Made by a program: the position numbers and the translations under genes. 64,000 nucleotides of DNA from Polyangiaceae bacterium. GTDB lineage: Bacteria; Myxococcota_A; Polyangia; Polyangiales; Polyangiaceae. Under the pieces are notes generated by a model. That model was not told the DNA's origin. It made no database searches and worked only from the letters and a program-made list of their open reading frames with translations. The stretch spans positions 192,001 through 256,000 of the forward strand of contig JBILLK010000007.1 of NCBI GenBank assembly GCA_044376115.1. The letters are read 5' to 3'. This document shows, in pieces, positions 1 to 8,595 of this stretch. Position 1 is the stretch's first letter; every line of letters begins with the position of its first letter.

Positions 1-3000
1 GTACCCACGGCGAGCGCGTTGCCCGCGGGCTTACCACACGCTGCACCTCGCGAAAGAACGCCTCCGGCCGATCACGCAGCCGCAGCGCTTGCGCCGCCGC
101 GTAGCGCTGCTCCGGACGATCTCCAGCGATCGCCTCGCACAGCCCCACCATCAACCAAGCGCGCGCGTTCTCATTGGGCCACTTGGCCAGTTCTTCGGCC
201 TTGTCCGGGCGCTCTGGCAACAAGAGCTCGACCAAGTGCGCGGAGTAACGCTCAGGTTCGCTGCGCAGCTCGAGCGCGCGCGCCACCGCGTAGCGCACCT
301 CTGGCCGTTGCGAAGAGAGCGCCGTGGTCAACAGCTCGGGCGGCTCGCCCTTGCGGTAGGCGTGAAGATCCCGCGCGAGCAGCACGCACAAAACGATGCG
401 CTGGACCTCGAGCGAAGGGTCCTCCAGCCCTTGCAAAATGCCGCTGTAACCCTCGGCTCCCAAGGCCGCGAAGGAGAGCACCGCGCCGATGCGGATCGGC
501 GGGTGCGAATGCAGCAGCGTGCCGGTAAGCACCGGCAAAGCGCGGGCATCGCCCAAACGAGCCAGGCCTTCGCCCGCCCAAGAGCGGACGGCCAAATCGA
601 CGTGACCGAGCAGATCGAGCAGGAAGCCCTCTTCCCCAGCTCGGCTAGCGTTGGAGACGCCGCGTGCGGCCTGCTCGCGCACGGCCGGATCTTCATCGAG
701 GATCAGCTGCGCACCGAAGTAGCGGAGCAACCGCGGCGAGCCGAGATTGGCCAGCGCAGTGGCCGCCCGCCGCCGCAGCGGCACCAGCTGCGGCAGCCGC
801 TCGAACAGCTCCTTGTCGGCGATCAGCGCCTGCATCGGATCGATGATGCGCTCATCGCGTCGCATCGAGAGCAGCTCCGCCGCGCGCACGCGCAGATCCA
901 GGTGCGAGCTCTGCAGGCCCACCGCCACCGGCCCGAGCTCGTCACCGACCAGCGCCGCCAGCGACTCGACCGCGGCGATGCGCACCGAGGATTCGCCGTC
1001 CTCGAGCAGCTTGCTGAGTGCTGCGCGCAGCGCCGAGAGCGTGCCTTTGGCCGCGTCTTTGGCGCCCTTCGCGCGGAGCTCGGCCACCGAGGAGCCGAGC
1101 GCCGCGAGCAGCGTAGCGTCGTCCTGCGGGCCACGCAGCTCGAGCAGCGCATCGTAGGCCGCCCGTGCGGTCGCGCCGTCACGGTCTCCGATCGCCTTCA
1201 GCAAGCGCTCGCTGGCAGCGACTTCGAGACCGCCTTCCTTGTGTTTGACGATCGCCTCGAGCTCCTGCACCGCGCGCTTGCGCAGATCCGGGAAGCGCGC
1301 ACCCAATGCGCGATCCAAGGGTGAAAAAGGCTCTTTCGTGTGCCAGGCCCAAAGTGTGCGGAAGGCCTCGGCGCGCACCGAAGGCGCTTCATCGTCGAGC
1401 GCAGCCTCGAGCAGCGTCAAGGCTCGCGCATCGCCGGAGCCTCGCTTGACCAGCAGCTCGAGCCCGCGCACCCGCAGGTCTTGATGCGCCGATTGCAGCG
1501 CCGCAGTCGCCAAGGTGAGCGGCTCGCTCTGCAGCGCGCTGTAACAAGTCCAAGCGGCGTCGCGCACCTTGGCGTCGGCGTCGCTCATCATCCACGCGAG
1601 CCTGCGTTCACTGCGTTGATCGCGCAGGGCAACCAACGCGTAGGCCGCCTCGAGTCGCAGCGCCGGCGCCGGATCTTGCGAGATGGTGAGCAGTGCGCCG
1701 AGTGCCCTTGCGTCGCCGAACCAGGCCAGACCGCGGGCTCCGCGCAGCGCCGTATCGGGCGTGCGGCAAGCGAGGGCGGCTAGCAGTGGCTCGCGGTCCT
1801 CGGCGTTGGGGGCGGCGCCGGTACCCGGTGCCAGCCGATCCCGTACGTCGGCCGGGTTGATGGTCGCGGCGTTAAGGCCCACGTAGTCGAGCGCCCGTTT
1901 GCCGCTGATGCTGACCAGCCGCACCTTCGACCCGGGCTCGACCGGGGTGTGAAGGTTGGGCTTGAAGATCGAAACGTCGCCTAACGTTGGGTGGGTCAGC
2001 TGCATGAAGGACGACGAGATCGACACCACGGTGGCGACGGCTTCGTCGGTGCCCGGCGCGCGCAAGGTGCCACCCTCGAGCTCGACGATGCGACGTAGTA
2101 CGTCGCTGAGCATGCGCTGGAAGGCCTCATCTTTGGCCTCCAGCCAGGAGAGCAGCGCCGGCCGCGCCGCGGCGTTGATCACGAAGGCGACGCGCCGCAC
2201 CTGTTCATCGGCGTCGTCGAGCGCCTTACCAACCAGCGGCTTGAAGCTCTCGTCCTGCAGCAGCTTGGCCAGCGCGCCGCGAACCAGTACCTCGGCTCGA
2301 ACGTCGGCATGGCCGCGCTCGAAGGCGGTACGCAGCGCGGCTCGCGGGTCCTTGGGCTCGAGTGTAAGCAGCGCGACGAGGGCGCTGCGACGAACGCCGG
2401 CGTCGACATCGCTGAGGTGCTCGCAGATCCAACTGTGCACCAGCGGCGAACTCGCGTGCAGGCTGGGCAAGGCTGCCAAGGCCAGCGTGCGCACGTCGGC
2501 GAAGCGCGAGGCCAGCGCAGCGCGCAGCGCGCTGAGCGGCGCTGCTGAGGCTTGTGCTCGCAAGGCTTCGAAGGCCGCAACACGCACGCTCGGATGCTGA
2601 TCGTCGAGCCGCTCGGTGAGAGCAACGCGCGTGGCGCTACGTTCGCTCGCGGCCAGCTTCTGTGCGCAGAGCGCGCGCACCTCGGGCTTCGCGTCTTGAG
2701 CGAGAGCCCGGAGCAGAAGTGCATGTGCCTCCGGCTCGGCCAGCCCGGCCAAGGTCTGCACCGTGGCCTCGCGCTTGCTGAGCAGCTGTGCGTTGAGATC
2801 GGTCGCGAGCAGTTCGAAGCCGTGCCCGAGATCGCTGCGGCGCTCTTCGGCTTGCCCAGCCGCGTCCACCGCAAAAAAGCCGACGCTGCGCGCATCCCCA
2901 CCAACGTACAAACGCGAGAGGGTGCCGGCGCGCTCGAACGGCACGACCAGCGCAGCGTGCAGCGGCTCGTTGCCTCGCGTCTCGAGCGTGCGCGGCTTGC

Positions 3001-3775
3001 GACGCTCATCCGTACGCCAGAACCGCAGCTTGCCGTCGCGCCCTGCGGTGACAAAGCGTTCGCCTTCTTGGTCCCGCCCTTTGGTCGGCAAGAACGCGAT
3101 CGCGCTGGTGCCGCCGACGTGGCCGCTCTCATCTTTGCCGCGGACGTCGGACTCGACCTCGCCGACCAGGTACCAAAGCCGTACCGTACCGTCTTCACCG
3201 CCGGAGACGAGCCGGCCGTCCAGCTTGGTGAAGGCCAGTGAGAGCACCGCGCCCTCATGCCCGGGCATCTCGCGTACAGCGCCGTCTTCAAGCGAGACCA
3301 CGCGCACGACGCCATCATCGCCGGCCGCAGCTACCGCGTCACCCGTAGGCGAAACAGCGACCGCGCGCAGCGCCTGCCCCGAGAGCTGCAGCTCCGAGAG
3401 CCCCTTGCGAGCTGCGCCACTCTTGCGCGACCACAGCCGCACAAAGCCGTCTTGCCCAACCGAGACCAGCAGATCCCCGTACAGCGCTAGGCCGGTAATG
3501 GCGCCGCTATGCGCCGGCGTCTCCCGCTTGATCGCGCCTGCTTGCGCGATTTCCAGCAGCGCGCCGTTGCTCCCCGCTGCCACGAATCCCGCTTCGTCGC
3601 CTGCGAGCGCGAGCACGTGCGCGGGCAGCTCGACGCTCTTCTGCAACCGATCTGCGACGTAATCGAACAACGTCACGCTGGAGGACTCGCCAGCGCGCAC
3701 GCCGGCCACTGCGACGATCCGTCCGCTGACGGCGAGGGCACGGACCTTCTCGAGATTGCCGAGCATGAAGCTCAT
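1..3775 (-). CDS. Large WD40 beta-propeller + HEAT/ARM-repeat protein (>1250 aa, C-terminus beyond window edge)
   Basis: Not in the ORF track (no stop in window). Manual translation from ATG 3775, which overlaps the upstream stop as ATGA: MSFMLGNLEKVRALAV..., WD40 repeats (AHSGAITGLALYGDLLVSVGQDGFVRLW; GHEGAVLSLAF..LVSGGEDGTVRLW; FVTAGRDGKLRFW), then many HEAT units (LDDQHPSVRVAAFEAL; LDDEAPSVRAEAFRTL; LDEDPAVREQAARG). Confidence 0.9.
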   Translation of the reverse strand, partial: MSFMLGNLEKVRALAVSGRIVAVAGVRAGESSSVTLFDYVADRLQKSVELPAHVLALAGDEAGFVAAGSNGALLEIAQAGAIKRETPAHSGAITGLALYGDLLVSVGQDGFVRLWSRKSGAARKGLSELQLSGQALRAVAVSPTGDAVAAAGDDGVVRVVSLEDGAVREMPGHEGAVLSLAFTKLDGRLVSGGEDGTVRLWYLVGEVESDVRGKDESGHVGGTSAIAFLPTKGRDQEGERFVTAGRDGKLRFWRTDERRKPRTLETRGNEPLHAALVVPFERAGTLSRLYVGGDARSVGFFAVDAAGQAEERRSDLGHGFELLATDLNAQLLSKREATVQTLAGLAEPEAHALLLRALAQDAKPEVRALCAQKLAASERSATRVALTERLDDQHPSVRVAAFEALRAQASAAPLSALRAALASRFADVRTLALAALPSLHASSPLVHSWICEHLSDVDAGVRRSALVALLTLEPKDPRAALRTAFERGHADVRAEVLVRGALAKLLQDESFKPLVGKALDDADEQVRRVAFVINAAARPALLSWLEAKDEAFQRMLSDVLRRIVELEGGTLRAPGTDEAVATVVSISSSFMQLTHPTLGDVSIFKPNLHTPVEPGSKVRLVSISGKRALDYVGLNAATINPADVRDRLAPGTGAAPNAEDREPLLAALACRTPDTALRGARGLAWFGDARALGALLTISQDPAPALRLEAAYALVALRDQRSERRLAWMMSDADAKVRDAAWTCYSALQSEPLTLATAALQSAHQDLRVRGLELLVKRGSGDARALTLLEAALDDEAPSVRAEAFRTLWAWHTKEPFSPLDRALGARFPDLRKRAVQELEAIVKHKEGGLEVAASERLLKAIGDRDGATARAAYDALLELRGPQDDATLLAALGSSVAELRAKGAKDAAKGTLSALRAALSKLLEDGESSVRIAAVESLAALVGDELGPVAVGLQSSHLDLRVRAAELLSMRRDERIIDPMQALIADKELFERLPQLVPLRRRAATALANLGSPRLLRYFGAQLILDEDPAVREQAARGVSNASRAGEEGFLLDLLGHVDLAVRSWAGEGLARLGDARALPVLTGTLLHSHPPIRIGAVLSFAALGAEGYSGILQGLEDPSLEVQRIVLCVLLARDLHAYRKGEPPELLTTALSSQRPEVRYAVARALELRSEPERYSAHLVELLLPERPDKAEELAKWPNENARAWLMVGLCEAIAGDRPEQRYAAAQALRLRDRPEAFFREVQRVVSPRATRSPWV

Positions 3776-6468
3776 TCGATGCCTCCCACAAGCTCCGGTC
3801 CGTGCGCCGCTCGCAGCCGCATCAGCGCCGAAAGGCAGGTCTGCCATTCGCCTTTGGCGATCGAGCCGGTGAACTCTTCGAGCACCGGCGCCACGACCTT
3901 GGCGAACTCCACGTCGGCCAAGCCGAGATCCCGGACGATCTCGATCACCTGCCGTTTGGCGACGCTGGTGGACAGCTTCTTGGCGCGCGCTTGCTCCAAG
4001 CTCTCGGCCGAGCGCGTCGCTGGGATGCTGAACAGCAGGCGCCGCAAAAACGCGCGCATAGCCTCTGCGTCGCTGAAGGTCTCACCCTGCCTGAGCTTGG
4101 TTCCGCTCCGCGGCTTCCACTCGGCGGGCAGCCCGCGTGGCCGATGGCGTTGCCACAAGAGGCGCACCGCAAACAGACGCACCTCCCGGTCGGCGCTCTG
4201 CATCAGCCAGCCCAGCTTCTCGATGCCACCGATGCGCACATAGTGCTTTCGGATCAGGTCCATACCGGCGTCGCGACTCGAACGTTTGCGGCTCTCGGTC
4301 AGCGCGAAAATCTGCGCCGCATCCAGCTCCTCGACCGTCAACGCAAAGTCCGGATCGGCGTCGGGTTCACCGGCTTGGAACAGCGCTTCGTAGGCGAGGT
4401 TACGCACCTCTTTGGCGCTGGCTTCGGCCAGTTCGTACACCCGCTTGGTCGCGCCCCAGCGACGCAATTCCAGCCGCGCAATGGCTAGGCCGAAGCGCCG
4501 TACGTCGGGCCGCAGATCGAAAAGGCACGGCCAAACGCGCTCTTCACTGTACGCCGCGAGCGGGATGGCCGGCTTGATCCCGAGCGCCTTGGTCTCGGGC
4601 TCACGCTTGCCGAGCTTGGGGTGGTGGCAGCGCAAGTACAACTGCGCGAACGCTCGCACCGGCTCCGGCTCTTTGGCGCCGCGTGCGAGTTCGAACAGGC
4701 GCGCAACACCAGCGCTGACGTTGGGCTTGCCCTCGGCAAAGAGGTCCGGCTTGACCTGCGTCAGCAAGTAGCGGTGAGCCCACTCGTGTAGCGATGGGTC
4801 GGCACGGCGGGCCAACGCCAAGAGCCACGGCAGGCCTACTTCGCGCGGCTCGACGATCTTCGGATTGCCCAAGATGGTGAAGGCCACGGCTCGTTGACGC
4901 GGGTCAAATACCAGGCCGCGCAAGCGCTCGAGATCGAGCGAAGGCGGTAGCTTGTCGGCTTTGGCCAGCCACGCTCCGAGCCGCGCCGCCAAGTCCGCGC
5001 GCCGATTCATCGCCGCCAGCAGCCAATCTCCCGACGCTTGTTCGACCGGGTACTTTTCAATTTTGGTGCAGGCCAACGTGAGCACGTGGTGCGCGCGATC
5101 GAGCCGCTCATCGTCGAGCAAGCCGGTCCAGAAACTGAGCGGCAATTCGGTGGGACCAAAGCGCGCATCCAGCGTTCTTCGTGCCCAGTCGGCGGGCCCG
5201 CGGCGGTGATCGAAAAGCAGCTCGCGTAAGAAGGCTTCGCTTAGCTCGCTGCGATCGAACTCGGCGTCGAGTGTAGCTGCTGCGAACTTGTGCGTGGCTT
5301 CGATGCCGAGCAGCCGCGCCAGCGTCTCCAGCCCCAAGGCGCGCGCTGGGCGGCGCGCGGTCAGCAAGCCCACCACGAAGTCGCGCGTATCAGCGAACGC
5401 GTAGGCTGTGTTCAAGAGCTCGAGCAACTGCTCGACGGGCAGGTCCCCAGCGTGACCGCGCGCGTACTCGATCGCGTACTTGCGAGCTTTGGCGCTCGGC
5501 GAAGACAAGAGGGCCAGCACCGGCTGCTTGAGGCCTAGCTTTTCGAGGTTGCCCTGATGCAACTCGGCCGAGCCGACCAGCAGCTCGACCAAGAACTCAT
5601 GCACCGAAGCCAGCGGCCGATAAGCCAACTTGGCCAACCAATCGACGCGCAAGTTCCGCAGCGCCTCGGGATGCAGCTCGCGCAGCCCGAGCGCGCCAAA
5701 CTCGGCGGCCGCCTCGGAGCGCGCGGTTTCAAGCAGCAACTTGAGCGGCTCCGCTGAGAGCTTCCAGGCCTCGAGGTAGGGCGCACGAAATCGGAACTTC
5801 TTGGCCAACCCTTTGGGGGCGCCCCACTTCTTTGCGCCGCCCTGCATCAAGCTCTGAGCGACGTTCCCCTCGTAAGGATCCTCGCTTCGGCGCAGCACCT
5901 CCACCGCAAAGTCTACGTAAAGCTCGGGGGAGGCCTTGCCCAAAAGGCGCAAGAAGCGCGCAGCTCGCTTGCTGAGATAGCCCAGCGTGCCGCGGCTGAC
6001 GTCCCCGGTGCCCGCATGATCATCGAGAGCGTGGTCAAAGCGAACCGCCAAGGTGGCGAAGACCTCCGCGTCCAAATCCTTTTCGGCGCGCTTGTAAACG
6101 CGTTTCAGTCCGCCCCATACGCCAAACAGCAAGGGAGCTTCGGCGGCGATCGTCAGCAGCGTCGCGCGTGCAGCCGGGGTCTGACGCTCGTAAAGGTTGG
6201 TCACGAGCTCGGCCAAGCGCAGCTGGTCGGGCACATGCTCGCCGGGCTGGTTCAGCAGGCGTTGCCACGCCTCGTGTTTCTGCGTCTGGCTAGATCCGCG
6301 CAGGGCGGCGCGCAGGGCGTCGAGCGTCATCACCTCGGGCGGAAGCGGCGCAGTTTGCGCGGGCGGCGGAAGCCGTAAGAAGGCCTGAATCACTGAGGAG
6401 AGGTCCGGCGCCTCGACCTCGACCAGCCGCTTGAGATCCGCGAGCTGAATAGCTTGCTCGGTCGTCAC
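3772..6468 (-). CDS. 898-aa predicted all-helical (ARM/HEAT-like) protein of unknown function
   Basis: Long ORF with GGAGG RBS; its GTG overlaps the upstream stop (GTGA); Leu/Ala/Arg-rich helical pattern with HEAT-like units (LFDLRPDVRRFG; MQSADREVRLFAV). Confidence 0.8.
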   Translation of the reverse strand: MTTEQAIQLADLKRLVEVEAPDLSSVIQAFLRLPPPAQTAPLPPEVMTLDALRAALRGSSQTQKHEAWQRLLNQPGEHVPDQLRLAELVTNLYERQTPAARATLLTIAAEAPLLFGVWGGLKRVYKRAEKDLDAEVFATLAVRFDHALDDHAGTGDVSRGTLGYLSKRAARFLRLLGKASPELYVDFAVEVLRRSEDPYEGNVAQSLMQGGAKKWGAPKGLAKKFRFRAPYLEAWKLSAEPLKLLLETARSEAAAEFGALGLRELHPEALRNLRVDWLAKLAYRPLASVHEFLVELLVGSAELHQGNLEKLGLKQPVLALLSSPSAKARKYAIEYARGHAGDLPVEQLLELLNTAYAFADTRDFVVGLLTARRPARALGLETLARLLGIEATHKFAAATLDAEFDRSELSEAFLRELLFDHRRGPADWARRTLDARFGPTELPLSFWTGLLDDERLDRAHHVLTLACTKIEKYPVEQASGDWLLAAMNRRADLAARLGAWLAKADKLPPSLDLERLRGLVFDPRQRAVAFTILGNPKIVEPREVGLPWLLALARRADPSLHEWAHRYLLTQVKPDLFAEGKPNVSAGVARLFELARGAKEPEPVRAFAQLYLRCHHPKLGKREPETKALGIKPAIPLAAYSEERVWPCLFDLRPDVRRFGLAIARLELRRWGATKRVYELAEASAKEVRNLAYEALFQAGEPDADPDFALTVEELDAAQIFALTESRKRSSRDAGMDLIRKHYVRIGGIEKLGWLMQSADREVRLFAVRLLWQRHRPRGLPAEWKPRSGTKLRQGETFSDAEAMRAFLRRLLFSIPATRSAESLEQARAKKLSTSVAKRQVIEIVRDLGLADVEFAKVVAPVLEEFTGSIAKGEWQTCLSALMRLRAAHGPELVGGIE

Positions 6469-7610
6469 ACTACCTCCGCCAAACGGGCTTTCAGCACCGC
6501 GTCATTGCCCGGTCGCAGCCCCGCGCGAAAGCCGGAGATACCGCCCGCCTCTGGCTTTAGCGCAGGCTCCAAGAAGGGCCGAATACGCGCGAACCAGCGC
6601 TGAAACGCGCCTGCGCTGAGCTTGCGGTTCACCAGCGCGATGCCGACGTGTATCCCGACCTCCGGATCGCGCGTGGCCTCCAAGCTCGCCGCGAGCACGC
6701 CGATCGTCGGGGTCAGCGCCGCATCGAGCACCTTCGCCCGCCAGCTGAGCACCACCCGCTCGAACGAGCGCGCGTCACAAACCCAAAGCACCGTGAGCGC
6801 GTCCTCGAGCGCGAGCCCCTTCGGCTTTGCAACCAACGCCATCAGCCGATCCAGCGCCTGCTCCACGGCAGGCGCTGGGCTCGCAACCTCGAGCGCGCGC
6901 CGCGCTCGCTTGGCGAGCCGTGCAACCTTCCAACTGCGCCCGCCGACCGCCTTCTCCAACGCTTCGAGCGCAGCGATCGCCTTCGGGTTCGTCTCGGGGC
7001 CAGCGGCCCGCTCGCGCCGGCGGGCTGGTAAGCGGGGTGCTACCGGCTGCTCTTCCGGCTCAATCGGCGCCGTAGCGAAGCCGCGTCGGCGAGGAGCTTT
7101 GGGCTCATCGTCGTCGTCGTCATCCGCGTCGTCGTCATCCGCGTCGTCGTCATCCGCGTCGTCGTCATCCGCGTCGTCGTCATCCGCGTCATCGTCGCCG
7201 TCGCCGGCCTCGTCGTCGTCGTCGCCGGCCTCGTCGTCGTCGTCGCCGGCCTCGTCGTCGTCGCCGGCCTCGTCGTCGTCGCCGGCCTCGTCGTCGTCGC
7301 CGGCCTCGTCGTCGTCGCCGGCCTCGTCGTCGTCGCCGGCCTCGTCGTCGTCGCCGGCCTCGTCGTCGCCAGCTTCCTCTTCCTCTTCCTCAGGCTCTTC
7401 TTCTTCGGCCTCAGGGTCCTCGAAGCCTTCTTCCAGCTTCTCGGCCAGTCGCAGCTCGAGCTCTCGCTCGGCTTCGGCTTGGGTCTTGAACTTCTTGAGC
7501 TTGGTGTGGCCCGCCGAGCCGATTTTTCCGAAGCGGTAGCAGAAGATCAAACCGTCTTTGATCCACGCTTCCCAGAACTTCTCTTCATCAGCGTTCTCGA
7601 GGCGGCGCAT
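6465..7610 (-). CDS. WGR-domain protein with long Asp/Glu-rich repeat tract
   Basis: N-terminus KFWEAWIKDG..YRFGKIGSAG..KKFKTQAEAERELELRLAEKLEEGF fits the WGR pattern; start placed at ATG 7610 (MRRLENADEEKFW). Confidence 0.85.
   Translation of the reverse strand: MRRLENADEEKFWEAWIKDGLIFCYRFGKIGSAGHTKLKKFKTQAEAERELELRLAEKLEEGFEDPEAEEEEPEEEEEEAGDDEAGDDDEAGDDDEAGDDDEAGDDDEAGDDDEAGDDDEAGDDDDEAGDDDDEAGDGDDDADDDDADDDDADDDDADDDDADDDDDDEPKAPRRRGFATAPIEPEEQPVAPRLPARRRERAAGPETNPKAIAALEALEKAVGGRSWKVARLAKRARRALEVASPAPAVEQALDRLMALVAKPKGLALEDALTVLWVCDARSFERVVLSWRAKVLDAALTPTIGVLAASLEATRDPEVGIHVGIALVNRKLSAGAFQRWFARIRPFLEPALKPEAGGISGFRAGLRPGNDAVLKARLAEVV
7105..7372. repeat. Coding tandem repeats: 15-bp unit x~5 (ADDDD) and 18/21-bp unit x~9 (EAGDDD[D])
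   Basis: Direct read of gtcgtcatccgcgtc and tcgccggcctcgtcgtcg arrays. Confidence 0.95.
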
Positions 7611-7691
7611 CGCGGGCGAAGCATGCACGACGCAGCAGGGCCTGCGCAATAGGCGGCGAACAGACGCACGTTCGCCGCAGCCATTGGCCGA

Positions 7692-8177
7692 TCAGCGGAA
7701 CCGCTTGTCGAGCTTGTTGAGCTGGCTGGTGAAGCCTTGTTGCTGCATTTTCGTGAAGTCGTCGCTGTGCAGCCGATCGAGCGTGACGACCATCTGAACC
7801 GAGCGGCCCACGGCATGGAACTCGACAGCGATGTTGCTCTCGTACGCCGACACCCCGGGTAGGAAGTCGATTAGGTTGGTCAGCACCAGACGCTGATGCA
7901 CCTTCACCTCGGTGAAGCGCGAGCGTGTCGGGTGGGACACCGGCTGACCCATCTGCTTCATCGCCGCGATCATCTCGCTCGAGTCGGCGAACATGTCGTA
8001 GTGAAGGACGCCGCCAACGTGCGCTTCAAGTGTGTGCACTTCCACGCGGAAGCCTTCGGGGCCCCACCACGACTCAAAGCCTGCTTTGGTCGTCCACAAG
8101 TCCCAGACGTCCTCAATGCGGGCTCGATAGGTGCGCTCGATGACGATCTTCGACTCGTTCCTAGGGTCGCTCTTCAA
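7692..8177 (-). CDS. SRPBCC/AHSA1 (START-like) domain protein
   Basis: IVIERTYRARIEDVWDLWT..FESWWGPEGF motif; the probable TTG start overlaps the ArsR stop (TTGA); classic ArsR-SRPBCC pair. Confidence 0.85.
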   Translation of the reverse strand: MKSDPRNESKIVIERTYRARIEDVWDLWTTKAGFESWWGPEGFRVEVHTLEAHVGGVLHYDMFADSSEMIAAMKQMGQPVSHPTRSRFTEVKVHQRLVLTNLIDFLPGVSAYESNIAVEFHAVGRSVQMVVTLDRLHSDDFTKMQQQGFTSQLNKLDKRFR

Positions 8178-8515
8178 TTTCGTTTGCTCCGCTGTTTCGG
8201 TCGGTTGGTTTGTTTTCGCTCGAGGGCAGCTCCAAACCGATCGAGCCGCGCCTCCCAAAGGTTGCGGTAGCCAGCGAGCCAGCCATCGAGCTCGCGAAAG
8301 GGCTCGGGGTTGAGCGAATAGAGCCGCCTCTGGCCGTCCGGGCGCATCGAAACGAAGCCTGCCTCGCTCAGGATGCGCAGGTGCCGCGAGACGCCCGACT
8401 GGTGAACGCCGGCCTTCTCCACGATGTCCCCGACCTGTTGTTCACCTTGGCGCAGCGACTCCACGATGCTGCGGCGCGTTGGGTCGGCGAGCGTCTGAAA
8501 GACGTCGAGATGCAT
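8174..8515 (-). CDS. ArsR/SmtB family transcriptional regulator
   Basis: VFQTLADPTRRSIVESL..QSGVSRHLRILSEAGFV..DGQRRLYSL. Confidence 0.92.
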   Translation of the reverse strand: MHLDVFQTLADPTRRSIVESLRQGEQQVGDIVEKAGVHQSGVSRHLRILSEAGFVSMRPDGQRRLYSLNPEPFRELDGWLAGYRNLWEARLDRFGAALERKQTNRPKQRSKRN

Positions 8516-8521
8516 ATGGGA

Positions 8522-8545
8522 ATATATGCACCATGGTGTATATAT
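8522..8545. promoter_or_regulatory. Palindromic ArsR operator candidate
   Basis: ATATATGCACCA/TGGTGTATATAT: 12-bp inverted repeat with 1 mismatch, AT-rich, directly upstream of the ArsR ATG. Confidence 0.75.
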
Positions 8546-8595
8546 ATGCCAGCGCAAACGCCCACTTGGGTCGGCAGCGGCGCGGAAGTTGCGCG

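Noticed and set aside
19..3662. Many plus-strand ORFs of 100-400 aa in the track
   Set aside because: Antisense or off-frame shadows of the real minus-strand WD40-HEAT gene; Arg/Ala-rich with no motifs.
7105..7372. Repeat array as a possible CRISPR
   Set aside because: Contiguous codon-multiple units with no spacers and no cas genes; it encodes an acidic tract.
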